From the NCBI RefSeq assembly GCF_006345805.1, contig NC_043004.1:1550001-1614000 (forward strand): a stretch of DNA of 64,000 nucleotides, in the 5' to 3' direction. The notes under the pieces were generated by a model that worked only from the letters and a program-made list of their open reading frames with translations, did not search any database and had not been told where the DNA came from. A program made the translations under genes and the position numbers. Positions 28,047-43,507 of this stretch are shown here, one piece after another (positions within the stretch are counted from its first letter, which is position 1; each line of letters opens with the position of its first letter). This DNA comes from Octopus sinensis (taxonomy: Eukaryota).

Positions 28047-28047
<1 letters not shown>

Positions 28048-28589
28048 GAGTGTGAGTCAAAACGTAATGCCATTTTGTTTAGGACAGGTATAATTACCAA
28101 CACAGGAACATGTATCATACATCAAACTGAAGCTGGTCCTCTGTGGATCACATCCCTACTTCTCAATATTGTCACCGTTTCTCTCAATAGCAATGTTCCA
28201 CTTTCGAATGAAAGTATATATCCCTGCCCCGTAAAATTCTGTTGACTGTTCTTCATTACCTCCATACCCGCCTGATTTAGCGCCTTCAGACTATCATCTC
28301 TTCGGCCCCATGAAAGAAGGTTTGAGAGGCAATCATTATTCCAGTGACGAGGAAGTGAAAACTGTAGTGAAGAAGTGGCTCAAAGAACAGTCAACAGAAT
28401 TTTACGGGGCAGGGATACATGCTCTCATTCGAAAGTGGAACATTGCTATTGAGAGAAACGGTGACTATGTTGAGAAGTAAGGATGTGATTCACAGGAAAC
28501 CAGCTTCAGTTTGATGTATGATTCATGTTCCTGTGTTGGTAATTATACCTGTCCTAAACAAAATGGCATTACTTTTTGACTCATCCTCG
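28047..28589. mobile_element. Mariner-derived foldback MITE made of two inverted 3' ends
   Basis: TA-flanked; ~205-bp arms (28047-28253 / 28383-28589). The interior encodes PYPPDLAPSDYHLFGPMKEGLRG...WNIAIERNGDYVEK* (mariner C-terminus, YSPDLAP motif). Confidence 0.9.
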
Positions 28590-29758
28590 TATATCAGGGA
28601 CGTGCCGCCTAGGTAGGCAGTGCCTAGCTTGAATAAAATAGATCGATAGTAACATTTTCCTTTTATGGCAAAATATGCACCTAATTCAATAAAATTACGA
28701 ATGTTACTCTGATTACTATGCATAAAATGAAAAATATTAAATTTTTTTTTTGTAGATTAGGTGGGCATAATTTTGTAGATTGGAAATTTTGTATATAAGA
28801 TAGGAATGCTTAATTCTAAACAATAGATGACAGCGATGAAATACTTTGTAAAGAAATATCCTTTCTACTATAAGCACAAGGCCTGGAGTTTCAGGGTTCG
28901 GAGGAAGTCAATTTCATTGAACCTAGTAATCCACTGGTACCTCTTTTATCGACTCCGATAGAATGAAATAGCAAGTTGACCTCACCATCATTTGAACTCA
29001 GAACGTAAAGACAGGCAACGTAAAGACAAGAAAGACCTGAGTTCGGGGATGGGTAACTTGTAGCTCTTCCTTCAACATAAAGCGAAACAGCACATCCAGT
29101 ATCTGCTGGCTTCATTGCGAGACTAATAAGCGTTTGACTCTGATCTGAATTTTCCAAATGTTGCAGTCGATCTCATTATGAGACTGGTAACAATATGGTA
29201 ACAATTATCAATTCCAGAGCTAGTGATAGGTACCGAAGCTATTGCTTCAGTAACTAACTGAATTAGATTATCAACATAATATTGTTGATACCCCAGCTGG
29301 AAAGCTTTATCTTTTAGCAGTGAACGAGTTCATCACCAAGACCAACAGCGCCACCTGTTTGTTGTACGACATTCAGGTTCTCTCTCATCCCTTCTTTTCA
29401 ATGGGTCTGATAGGTCCTGGAAAACATGACGGTTGATGTCCTACCGCCACAGAAATAATAATAAAAACGGAATCGCGAAACTGAAGTACTTCTCAAATAT
29501 GACCTCTAACAAATACGTGTAACATAATTATATTCTTACATTGTTATATTTCGCTTTTTTCCGTCTTCGTAGGTTTTCCTCTCGCGATGCCAGCACTATT
29601 CCGTCCATTATCTTCCATCCAGTCTTCACCCCATCATCCGAAACCGCCTGATTTCCCATCAAGTATCACTCTTTCCCGTCCCTTACTTTTCGTTGGTTCT
29701 GTCTTTCTTTTCCTCTCATATTTTCCAAATATCTTCTGTCACCTGTGTTCTTACTTTG

Positions 29759-29835
<77 letters not shown>

Positions 29836-29836
29836 A

Positions 29837-29881
<45 letters not shown>

Positions 29882-30195
29882 GATACTGCTGCTGTTGCAG
29901 TTGCTTTTGCTGCTGCTACAAACACCTGTCATAAACACTATCCTATCTTTTCTGATCCACCCTTTCTGTCGTTGGTTTCTAACTACAACCCCCTTCTACC
30001 CACCCTCTCTCTCTCTCTCTCTCTCTCTAATCCCTTATCTCTTTCTTTCTGTTTGTCTACCCGTTTCTGTAGCTTTCAACAATATTTATCTATACATACC
30101 TACAAACATACATACATACATATATATATACATACATATATACACACACACACACACATATATATATATACATATATATATACACACAAAAATAC

Positions 30196-30248
<53 letters not shown>

Positions 30249-30277
30249 CATATTGATATACACATATATATATATAT

Positions 30278-30312
<35 letters not shown>

Positions 30313-30384
30313 GATAGATAGATAGATAGGTAGATAGATATATAGATAGATATACATATAGATATATACCCATACACACACTCA

Positions 30385-30416
<32 letters not shown>

Positions 30417-30902
30417 CTTTATCTCAAGTACCTCTTCCTCTCAGTCCTAATTCTTTTTTATATCTCTTTCGCTGACTAAGCACCCCTTCACTGCTTTCCT
30501 TCCTTCCTTCCTTCCCCCTCCTCTCTGTCACACTACCCTCTTCTCTCTCTTCTCTCTCTCTTTCTTCATTCCTCATTCCAAATCGGGAAGTCTCCACACG
30601 TTTTCTCGACTTGCTAAAAGTAACAGTCAAATATACATCGTTAAAAAAAGACTTTAGATAATGCGGGTTTGAAGTTTCCTACACATAGGGGAAAAACGAG
30701 ACGGTCCCGGCCGGAACGCTCTTCTTCGTTTGAGTTGACTTGGGGGCTATACAACAAGACCTCGTTCCCCTTACTCCACTTCTGAACAAGACCAGAATTA
30801 TACACACAAACACACACACACACACGCACACACACACATACACACGCGCGCACGCACACACACACACGCACCACACACACACACACACGCACGCACGCAC
30901 AC

Positions 30903-30940
<38 letters not shown>

Positions 30941-32559
30941 GGCCCTTTCTATGCAGGTTGTTACCATTGTATTGTTTATTTATCTCTCTATAAACTATTT
31001 TCTACACATCATTTTCTCTTTTCATTTATGTATGTATATTATGTATGTACTTATGCTGGTATTTATAGATGTATATAAATTATTATGTGTGTGCTTGTGT
31101 ATGTGTATGTGTGGTTGTATATTTATATGTGTGTGAATGTATGTGTGCCTAACATTTGTCTCTCCTCCTGTCGTCTGCTGTAGGCATATCTTTCTTTTCA
31201 ATGGTTCCCATAAGTTAATTATTTCTACTTCACTCGAAAATAGTCTTCTCTCTTCTTTCTTTTCCTCCTATTTTTCTCACTATTTCTCTCCTGTCGTTGG
31301 TTTTCCCTCTCTCTCTCTCTCTACTGCTGTTCTTATCCCCTTACTCTCTTTTGTTACAAACATATTGCTGATTGGTGTTCCCAAACTAACTGAAGTGATG
31401 AGAAAGTATCCGACGTGCGAACACACGGTCGGCGAAACACATCGTTGTGGTTCGGCCATATTTTACTGACATATGTCATTGTACGATGCCAAAAGTCATC
31501 TGCTGAAGTCAATGAGGGATAAAGATTGTGCACCGATGCAGAACTTTGGGCAAGAAATGCCAGTCTTTACTATCTGACGATCAGTTTGGCTACTGGAATC
31601 GCACAAACCCGAGGAGAAAAGCAAAACAAAAGAAAATATAAAAGGAAAGAGTAACAAGGAAAAGACACATCACCAGATATTCAGACACGAAGTCAGTTTT
31701 ACATCTCTAGGGATGTTTTATGGAATCGTTGCAGAGAAGATTTTCCTAAGACCTTCAGTAGCAGAGCATGCTTTCGTTGATTTCAAGTCATTTTTCTAAC
31801 GAGCTGCAGCAAAACGTCGACAAAGTCTGTAAGGTTATATTTAATATCTTAACAGTAGTTTGTCAATTGTCGATAAGGTTAGAGAGCGACAAAGTTCGAA
31901 AGGATATGTAAATAGGTTGATCGAACAGGGCGGCGGCGGCGGCGGCGGTGGCAGTGGTAGAAGTCTTATTGGGGCAGACATTTATTTATATATCCTTCGA
32001 TAAATAGATTTCATTAGAAACAATGTTATGTACTTTTGATAGAGTCATATAATCGTATCTCTGGTCACACGCACTATTATTTTTTTACGGTTTCACAGTA
32101 GTATTACACACTTTCGCCATTCCCCTTATCCAGCCTCGGTTCTGATAAAGTGTACTTCTAAACGTTCTTGTTGCTGCACTTCTTAATATAAATCTTTTAC
32201 ATTTTGGTAAATCTTTACCTCAGTCGCTACTTAGTGTGTCTTTAATAAATAGAATGACTATTCAGAAATAATACAAGCATCATTAGGTTGGTTATATATT
32301 GTCTCTATCTTCACATTCTCTCCTTGAATGGTTCCAAGCTTCCTTCATTACCGGCTCATCTTATTTCATCCTATCAAATTTCTTTTACGTTATCTAAATA
32401 GTTCTCTCTCGACTCTATCTCTTCCAACAACAACATTATCTCTCTCCAGTCAATTCTTTACTATTTCGACATTTTAAAATCCACCATTACTTTCTATATC
32501 TTTTTCATTTTCTCTCCTCCACTTCTTTGTGCGTGTGTGTGTGCGCGCACACACGCCTG

Positions 32560-32606
<47 letters not shown>

Positions 32607-32671
32607 TTGTATGTATGTATGTATGTATGTATGTATGTATGTATGTATATATATATATATGTATATATGTA

Positions 32672-32743
<72 letters not shown>

Positions 32744-33160
32744 CATATACATATACATATATATACATATATATACATATACATATATACATTGAAAATT
32801 ACAAATTATCAAATTTTTTTCTGCTTTTCCTCCTCTTCACAGTTTCTCTTTTCACTGTTCTCGCTTTCTTTGCTAGCCATCTCTCTTTCTCTCCCTCTCC
32901 CGCTGAATACACACACGCACAGACACACAGCTATGTGTGTGTATTATATATATATAATGCGTATATATATATATATATATATACATACATACACACATAC
33001 ACACATACATATATGCACATATATGCATTCATACACAAGCACGCACACTAATACATATATATATATACGCATACATACATACATATATACATACAGCACG
33101 CCTATACATACATCATACAACATCTTTCTCGCTCATCCACTCTTATTTATTCAATGTAAC

Positions 33161-33386
33161 TTATCTATTGTAGCAGCGGGTGCTGGCAACTTTGATTTAT
33201 GGCACGTTCCTAATACTCTGACCATTCCTTCAAGTGGCATTTTCGTCTGCTTCTGCGGAGAACATCGATAAAAGAATCAGCGCAGTAGTTGCAAGCAGGT
33301 TAAAAGACTTACCCAGGCGAATAATTCCCTTTCATTACTGAATCTTGTCTTTTTAACACCGGTGTCCTACTATCTTCCTGAGTAGT
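33161..33386 (-). other. Two candidate exons (33386-33313 and 33252-33161) split by a 60-nt GT-AG intron; coding status unclear
   Basis: ctttctttag acceptor, gtaagt donor, gttctccgcag acceptor. The only open frame of exon 1 hits a stop 14 codons into exon 2; a separate ATG frame ([11 protein letters not shown]...) exists in exon 2. Confidence 0.3.
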
Positions 33387-33642
33387 CTAAAGAAAGCCTA
33401 TGCACAACACTCACATACTGAATGGCTTTACAGTGAAAATGTCATTGGAAGTCCTCTAACAGTAACAATTGCTGCGATAAATCAAACGTTCTCTTCTTCT
33501 TCGTTTGAAATTTTGACATTTAAAGTCTGATTTATAGACTTCTCGTCCATTGTAATGAAAGAGTAGAAATAATGAAATCTATCTATCTACCTATCTGTCT
33601 CTGTCTCTTCTGTCTTTCTTTCTCTCTCTCTCTCTCCCTCTC

Positions 33643-33695
<53 letters not shown>

Positions 33696-33800
33696 AGAGA
33701 GAAAGAGAGAGAGAGTTAGAAACAACGAGAGAGCTATCTACCTATCTGTCTGTATGACTGTTCTTTCTCTCTCTCTTTGTATATATATATATATATATAT

Positions 33801-33895
<95 letters not shown>

Positions 33896-35264
33896 AGAAA
33901 GAATGAGAGAGAGAGACAGAGAGAGAGAGAGAGCTATCTACCTGTCAGTCTGTATGTCTGTGTTTCTGTGTGTCTATCTGTCTGCCTGTCAGTTTTTCTC
34001 TCTTTCTCTGTCTTTCTCTCTTTCTTCCCCTCTCTCTATCTATATATCAACCTATCTACCTTTCTAAATATTTACAGGATATGTACATTTCTTCAAATAT
34101 ATTTCCGTATGTTATAGAGAAATATTGTCATATAATTTGCTGCACGTTTGCAATGCAGCTCTCTCTCTCTCTCTCTCTCTCTCCCTCTTTCTTTCTCTCA
34201 TCTCTTACCAATCATTATATGTGTGTATATGCGTATGTATATGTGTGTGTTGCAATAAACCCACGAATGTGTTTAATTTTATTATTTTTCTTTATTTGTT
34301 TCTGTTTTATGAGTTCTTTGAAGTTTGTTAGGGAGAGTGATACATTTAAATCGAGCCTCAACGTTTGTACACCTTTCATAGTCTCAGCTTCAGAATGAAG
34401 TGCAGTTGGTGCATATCATTGCCTCTTTATTACAAGCAGGAACAACGGGATTGGGGAAGACGATATTATAAGAATCTTGATTTAGACTTTTAGATATAAA
34501 TCCAACAGTTTGAATCAGTTATATCTCGTCAAATTAACGTTTAAATTTTGTTCACGACTCGTATGTATCACCTATACGTTTATTTTGGTGTTGTGTACTG
34601 TGCTACGTTGGATTAAACATTAAGGAAAATAAGTAATTGATTAGGACATCAAGGAAACGGTGAGGGCAACCACAAAAAAGGTAAGTGGCTTACGGCAAAA
34701 AAGAAATCACTTTAAACTTGCTGAAATAATGTTCGGGATGTCTTATCTCTACTAAGTCAAGAAGCAAATGTGTTACATATGATTAATTTTGATCACAGCC
34801 TTCGCAAATGAAAAAAGTGGGAGAAAACTTTTCAAATATAAAGTGGAAGTATACAAAAAATAAACATTATTTTCCATCTAACTGTTAGTTTTGTTTCATT
34901 TTGATAAATAAATAAAAAAAATTATTCTACGGTATATTATTTTAAAAAATTACATCTATATAGGGATGCACTGAAAACTTCTAAGTGCTTAGGTCCACTA
35001 TGACTTTTCATCCGATCCTGGTTATGAACAGTACTTCTCTTTATAAGACCCTTATTCTTATAGAGAAATCTACTGAGCAGATATGACCGCCTTCCAGGGG
35101 CGGAGATATATTTAATAAATCAGGAATTTATTGTCTGTGGTGTTTGGTCTACATGTATTTGCGCTTGTTCATGCCACCAGCCACTCTAGCCACTCTGACC
35201 TACTTCTCTTGGCTAATTTTTGTTTAAATCATACAAATTACCTAAATCTCCTTTTATATATATA

Positions 35265-35665
35265 CTAGCAGTATCGCCCAGCGTTGCTCGGGTTTGTAAG
35301 GGAAATAACTATATAAGCATTTTTAGAGATGTAAAGTATAATAGCCATCTCAATATGGCTAACCACAAAGCGGGGGGGGGTGTTACTGTAGCTTTTTACG
35401 TTCTGAGATTTAATAATACATTTTTAGAGAGTTACTTCCCTTATATAATAGCAAAAAAATGCATTAAAAATAGGAAAAAATGATGGTAATTTTTTTTAAA
35501 TCGTAGACTCATCGTAGACGCGCGCTAATACCCAGAAGGGCTCGATATGTATCACGACTATAAAATACCCGCTTTTGGTTACACTGCACCGCAAAATGTG
35601 GGAGTAGTTAGGAATCTAAATCGTAGGAGAGAGACACCACACAACCTCACTTTTATATATATAGA
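35265..35665 (-). mobile_element. Non-autonomous Helitron-like element
   Basis: 5' TCTATATATATAAAAGTGAGGTTG; 3' hairpin CCCGAGCAACGCTGGG followed by CTAG; inserted between A and T. Confidence 0.8.
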
Positions 35666-36257
35666 TATATATATCTAACTCCCTTTGATACTGGAAATAA
35701 AGTTGGACAATTGACGCGCTGAAGATGCCATTAAAAGAGAAACAAGTGTCTCCAACTTTCTACCTAATTACCTGTCCATTTTCTTTACCAGCACATCAAA
35801 TTTGGAGACCATGATTCTTGGGACTATTTTCCCTTTACATATTGAGCCAGTCTCAACCGGTATTTTGGTATTTGATAATTGTGATGTATCCCCAAGAGGT
35901 GCAGTTAATTCTTTTAAATAAAAAAAATGTGGTTTTTGGTATTAGGCTTATTATCTTTCACATAGCACTGTGTGTGTCTGTGTGTGTGTTAATAAATATG
36001 TGTGTGTCTGTTGTCTGCTGATGTGTTTATGTAGTTTGGTTTCACGTTGTGCAACGTAATCTGCTCGTTGTTGCAAAGTGCATCGTCTTATAGCTCCCTC
36101 AGAGTCCTTAAAGCGACGACCGAGTAAGCTTTGAGTGCACTGCTTCTCATTAGCAGAAACAGCTGCAAGCTAATGAAGTTAATTACGCAATTTTTTTCCC
36201 TTGTCATTCAATTTATGTATAAATATAATCCATCCATCTGTCCATCCATCTATCCAA

Positions 36258-36348
<91 letters not shown>

Positions 36349-36382
36349 CATATCTATCTATCTATCTATCTATCTATCTACA

Positions 36383-36425
<43 letters not shown>

Positions 36426-36432
36426 TTATCCC

Positions 36433-36468
<36 letters not shown>

Positions 36469-36984
36469 TCTATCTATGTGAAAAGGAAATACTAAAAAAA
36501 AAAAGAAAAAAGATCAAGAAGATTTAAATAATCGTTACACTTAAGGAAAAGAAACGTCATTTATTGGGAAATCGGGAAGAGGAGAAATTAAAGGAGAACC
36601 GGAAAGATTAGTGGAGACGAACAAGTAAGAGAAAGCGAAAGGAGATGCATTAAAGTGTGTGACGCCTGATAGTTTAAGTGAGAACCTAGTCTTTGGTAGC
36701 AGGGAGCTAAACACGGGATGCAAGGGAAGACAATGGACGATGAGTTAGCATAAGTTATGAGCGCTTGTAAAATAGCTTTACACTATATACCCACATATGT
36801 ATGTGTGTATAGGTGTGTGTGTGTGTGTGATTTGAAAGTTATTAGTGTCAGTTGAAAATGTATGTGTGAGTTAATTATGTACGTGGTTGTTGCGTTTTTT
36901 TTTTCTAGAAGTTTATGTAGGTGTTTATCTAGTAGATGTAGGTTGGCTGGTATGTGTGTGCGTTTGTGTTTTGGTATTTGAAGG

Positions 36985-37017
<33 letters not shown>

Positions 37018-37304
37018 AGTGCGTGTAAGTAGATTATATGTGGGTATGTTTGTGTGTATATATTTGCTGTATGTTTAGTATGTGTATATATATATTTAAT
37101 TTCAATGTTTATTTACATATGTGTGTAAATAGGCTATGTGTATGGTGGAGGTGTGAGTGTGTCTATTATTTTTGGAAAGTGTTCGTGTGTCCCCTAACCA
37201 ACAACTGGGTTGTGGCTTTCTTTTAAATGTTTTTTGCAAACTGTTTAAGAATAGCGCTTGCAATCTTTGAATCTTTTCTTAGATTAAAGGAACTAAGAAC
37301 TTAC

Positions 37305-37421
37305 CAAGGTTTTGATGTTTTGGCCGTGGAAAATATCGCATCAAGATATTCAGTTACCCGTATGCTTGCAGCAGAGATCTGCTAAAGGTGGTTAGTTTTA
37401 CTCCATCGTAACTGCCCTTAA
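37305..37421 (-). other. Candidate 117-nt exon with stops in all frames (UTR, lncRNA or pseudo-exon)
   Basis: Strong acceptor ctctttcttttttttttag and donor gtaagt. Confidence 0.35.
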
Positions 37422-37559
37422 CTAAAAAAAAAGAAAGAGAATAAGACTGGAGCAGAGCCCTCCTTTACCAAATACAAGGCTCTGCAAAGATACTACTTGT
37501 ACTTGCGGTGGCATTCACCCTAGTGTGGGCTAAGCCGGCTTCGACCAACCAGTTCCCTC

Positions 37560-37844
37560 GTACAGTTCTATATTTAAGAGATGAGGAATTATGTACATTG
37601 TTTACATTATTTACATTTGACGGATATTTGTCCTCATCTTGTTAGTTGTTAATACGACGTTTCGGCTGATATACCCTCCAGCCTTCATCAGGTGCCCACG
37701 GGCATATGGCGGAGTGGTTAAGATCGAGGGTTTCTAACCCCAAGATTCCGATTCCGATTCCAAGCAGTGACCTGAATAATAATAATAATAATAATAATAT
37801 AATAATAATAATAATAATAATATAATAATAATATAATAATAATA

Positions 37845-37928
<84 letters not shown>

Positions 37929-38117
37929 TGATGATGATGATGATGATGATGATAACAACATCGAAAAATACCTTGGGGATGAAAACCCAGGTTCGAAATT
38001 TCCCAAGACACCTGATGAAGGCTGGAGGGTATATCAGCCGAAACGTTGTGTTAACAACAAACAAGATGAGGAGAAATATCAAATATCTGTCAAATGTAAA
38101 TAATGTAAATAAGGTAC
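37560..38117 (+). mobile_element. Composite element: inverted HHR module + tRNA-like head + (TAA)n + sense HHR module (copy 1)
   Basis: Antisense HHR 37696-37651; head 37694-37775 (A box tggcggagtgg); (TAA/TGA)n; sense HHR 38007-38052. Confidence 0.75.
38007..38052 (+). ncRNA. Minimal type I hammerhead ribozyme
   Basis: GACAC-CUGAUGA-A-GGCUG-GAGGGUAUAU-CAGCC-GAAAC-GUU-GUGUU. Confidence 0.7.
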
Positions 38118-39169
38118 AGTTCCCTTATGTTCGGAGTTTCCATGGAAATACATATTTATATGTGCTTCCCATTCACATGCATATACACTTTGTGATAGAG
38201 TTATCCGTAACAGCTCGTCTTGCTATCAATTGTCGACCGTCGCAGAGGTTTCGCTGATGAAGTCACCACCGATTATCGGAGCATATGTAGCAGGGGTCTG
38301 AGGTGGGTTCTATGGAATGCTTTAACAAAACCTAAAGGGTGTCTCACTCCCATTGGTCATCCAGCACACCAGACACCAATCCGGAATTTATGAGGATCCG
38401 TGCTATTGCTAGGTAGTTATTAAACCTATTGTTATGATCATCCGTCCTTTTGACAGGTCTTGTTTAGGGTCCTACTAGGTTTCTAGCAACCGTCCTCACT
38501 AGGTAAGCCTAGCGGGAATGCTGGTTTAATCACCGACATTCCAACCAGGCAACTGGTTGTACTGGATTCCATGTTACCCGTAGCACTCATGAGAGACCTC
38601 ACAGGGAACCTGTAAATGTCTTGGGTGTTCGATTCATTCTCTGATTGTAGCTTATTTTGAAAAAGACAAAGATGTGGTTACCGCAGGTGATGGATTAAGT
38701 ATATACTATTCAAGAACAAATATAATGCGACTAACAGTTCACCAATTTCACAAATAAAAATTGGGTTGAGTGGAATCTATTTTACAAATGTCTTTGTCCA
38801 AGCGATCACAGCTGGAACCAGCAAACTTCTTAGCCACATGACTATATCTGCTGACTGCAAGCCCCAAAGATAATTGTAGTAATGATCTAACTTCAAATGT
38901 TACCTATCTATGAACTAAAATTGGCTGATGAATAAGTGGGTGTAAACAAGCTTGTTCAAAATGTTATGGTTGTATTTTTGGTATTTCTTTTCTGTTGGGG
39001 ACAAAAATTCTTCTATGCTTTTTATTTACACTGCTCTCTCGAACAAAGAGAATGAAAATTATAGTACCATGTCTTTCAAAAGAATATTAGTTAAAATAGT
39101 TATTATTCTGTATAAAAGCTTTCATTTGGACGAGTGCCTGCTTCATTTTACTTCGGCTTAATGCGATTA

Positions 39170-39960
39170 AATTATAAATAACTCATGAAAAGAATGTCCT
39201 TTGAGAAATTATGTTTCAAGCAAGATAAATCGAAATTTTACTGCAATGCTAAAGTCCACCATGAAATACTATATACAACTCAGCAGTTGTTTATACGAGT
39301 GATAAAAACCACTTATTTACCTACTCCGAATTTAAATAATATTTGGCCCATTAGTTAGTATGGAAATCTTTCGATATAGCAACACCATTACACTTATAGA
39401 ATAACACTTTGTAAATTAGTGAACATCAAAATTAATGTACCCCTAATCTCCCGACACTGACAACTAGGATGATATGTCGTAATATTATCTGGTTTAACCC
39501 ATAATTGCTTCAATACACAATCTAAAAATTTCCTCATCATCTGCCATTACTAGAAAATGTTTAATAGAAATAAATTTAATCTATGCTATAGTTGTCCGAT
39601 CAACATCAAAGACTAAACCATGTGAGGTAAACTATTCATGCAGAAACGAATCTCTTACTCCCCAAACCATTGATGCAATGCTGAAGCAATTTTCTATAGA
39701 ACAGAGCTTTCCGAAGTAAAATCCATCGCCTAAATACCAAGAGCTAAAATCTTTTGGGCAAATTTAAAGAACGTTATTTGAACTTGACATCTTCGGGACA
39801 CATTGAAATGGAAAGACATGGAAATTATTTGCCAATGTGTTGTGTGGAATTAGAAAGTATTTAGTACTGCATTAGATGGCAAATAGAAGATCCATGAAAG
39901 ACAAATCGAAACATAATTTAAACGTATAGAGTATGTAATAAAAAATCTCACACTTGTGAG
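39170..39960 (+). mobile_element. Degraded Penelope-like element
   Basis: Remnants CRNIIWFNP (~39476), MFNRNKFNLCYSC, FKERY and IRWQI, in the order expected for PLE RT-thumb/GIY-YIG. Confidence 0.7.
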
Positions 39961-40255
39961 CTTAATAACTGTTGACTATTGTAACTTGAAATCAGAGCTG
40001 TGCAGTAAATGTAGGTACTACCCGAAGTTACTTTAAGTTAGTTAGAAATATAAACGATCACCAGAATGAACTTATATATTCAAATATTTTTCATTCTTTA
40101 TTATATCTAATGTAAATATATCTTAATTCTATCTTTTTCATAATCAACTTGCCGATATTCTTCAACGTCAAAAATTTGTGTATTTAACTTTACAAAAAGA
40201 TTCACTTGACACGGATATAGTTGCAATAATGTGATTTATGTATATGTAACTATTT

Positions 40256-40350
<95 letters not shown>

Positions 40351-40819
40351 GAAGAGCTTCGTTCAATTTACGTCTACCAAGTCCTCTCACTCACAAGGCT
40401 TTTGTCGGTCCGAGGCTATAATAGAAGGTACGTGCCCCAGGTGCTACGCAGTGGAACTGAACCTGAAACCATGCAGTTAGGAAGTAAATTTCTTGCTATT
40501 CATCCACGCCTGCACCCATACAGGCAAATCCAAGTATGAAAAAGAGAAAATACAGAATAAAACAAGAAAAGTTAGTATGATATATACCGTAAATTTATTA
40601 GATGGGAAAGTCTTAATGGAAATGATATTTCGAGCACAGCATTTTGTTAAATGAAAGAACAAGAACTTGGAGGAGAGGATGAAGCATATAGTCCGGAAAA
40701 AGCACGTATGTCAATACATGGCCCAAAAATAGTACACACACATACATACACACACATATGTATACATACAATGTATATGTGTGTACGTATTCTATTAAAC
40801 CCGTCAAACTGTTCCTTAC

Positions 40820-41310
<491 letters not shown>

Positions 41311-41619
41311 ATATTAAAGATTTTTAATGTCTCTCTACTAGAAGGCGGCGAGCTGGCAGAAACGTCAGCATGCCGGGCGAAATGCTTAGAGGTATTTCGT
41401 CTGTCTTTACGTTCTGAGTTCAAATTCCGCCGAGATCGACTTTACCTTTCTTCCTTTTGGGGTCGATAAATTAAGTACCAGTTGCGTACTGTAGTTGATC
41501 TAATTGTCTGATTCCTCCCCCAAAATTTCGCACCTTGTGCCTAGAGTAGGAACAAAATTTTCCTATCAGTTTCCTGTTGATTTAAGAGAATAAAGTTTCT
41601 AAATCCATCTTCTAAATTT

Positions 41620-42320
41620 ACACACCGTCACAGTCCCATTTTCAAGAAACGAAATAGATTTGGCGTCAGCGTTGCTTTTCATATGTTGGACAAATTTTTG
41701 TAGACTTCTTATAAAAATATTTTTGACCGTTAAGTGCCTACGTCACCAGTCACGTGGTCATTTCTTTTGCAGTGATTAAACTCTTTATTCTTTTTAACCC
41801 CAGGTTTTTATATCACACGTTAAATTGTCGCTTTGTGTTGCTTGCGTGTGTATTTGGGTATGTTGCTCTGATACAAGCTTGGTTTCCATGATTAATCTTC
41901 AAATTTTGTGCTATTTTTACAAAGTATGCAAGTTTTATCCTCTGGTATTTTTCTATTTAACTGTGCTTTTTTGTGCGTGCTGTAGAGTGTTCTGATTGAT
42001 CTTTGTTGCATGATGTTAGATAATGCTTAATAATATAATATCCCTCACAAAAAATACACGGTTAATCATAGAAGCCATACTCATATCGCATCACAATACG
42101 AAAATAATTTCGAAAACATCACATGAAAAGTCAACACGTGACTACTAACATGAAAACGTAGCGTTGGAAAAAAAAATGACCACATCAAATTAACATGTGA
42201 CTGCTGACGTGAAAGCCAAGTGGTAAAAGAGAAATTTGGGGGTAAAGTCTATAAAAATTCGACCATTATTCAAGAATAGGAAATGCAGACGCCAAATCTA
42301 TTTCAATTGCTGAAAATGAG
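41620..42320. mobile_element. Old long-TIR MITE-like element
   Basis: aaatagatttggcgtc / gacgccaaatctattt and acgtcaccagtcac...ggtcattt / aaatgaccac...gtgactgctgacgt inverted pairs. Confidence 0.55.
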
Positions 42321-42653
42321 TTTGTAAATGTTTGGAACTGTAGAATCGGGGCTTAGGAAATGTATAGTTTGAAACAAGAAACTGATACGAAAATACGAAA
42401 GTCAGTGGGCTGGTTATGTAGTTCTCACACCAGACCACAATCTCTCTATCTATCTGTTTGTCTGTCTAATTATCTATCTATATGTCTGTCTGCCTGTCTG
42501 TCTACACACATACACCTACACACACACGTACACACACATACACACACACATACATACATACATACATACATACATTCATACATACATACATACATGCATA
42601 CATACATACATACATACATACATACATACATACATACATACATACATACATGC

Positions 42654-42684
<31 letters not shown>

Positions 42685-42854
42685 CAATAAGAGGCTTCCA
42701 AATAGGAAAGCGTTGCGCTAGAAAGAGCAGTAGGAATCTCAAAAAACACAAAAAAGGATAAATTCTCGAAAGGAATGAAAATTAAAAACGTTTACCATCT
42801 CAACTATTTCCCAGACCATAGTTTCTAATTTATTATTACCCTATGCATTATGTT

Positions 42855-42905
<51 letters not shown>

Positions 42906-43061
42906 TACCCGAAATGGTCGTGACTTCTGGGACTTGACTGAGGAAAGACAGTCACGAATGTCCCGTCTTTTTTGCCTGTCCTTCTAATTGTTGTTTCTTT
43001 TATCCGCCTTTGTATCGTCTATCTTCCCGAACGTTTTAATGCACTCAATTGCGTTTTTGCT

Positions 43062-43158
<97 letters not shown>

Positions 43159-43507
43159 AACATTTAATCCATAATTGTTAGTCCGGCAGACTGTAATAGT
43201 CCAACGAAATATATATTTTGTTGGACTAACGATTTTGGAATAAAAATTGTATTCATCCTCAGACTTATATTTCAGTTCTTTACTCTATGTGGTCGGACAT
43301 AGCTTCTTTTGAACCCGTTATTTCCAGAAATATACATACATACATATATATATATATATTCGTACATACATGCATACATCCACAGACATACAAGCATGCA
43401 TGCATGCATACATACATACATACATACATACATACATACATACATACATACATACATACATACATACATGCATACATACATACATGCATACATACATACA
43501 TACATAC

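Noticed and set aside
29340-29440. Open frame DINRHVFQDLSDPLKRR... (minus) and a CTCF-like AGGTGGCGC motif
   Set aside because: Weak donor, and a single short motif match is expected by chance.
38250-38275. ctgatgaagtc as an HHR core
   Set aside because: No helix II partner or downstream GAAA/UH.
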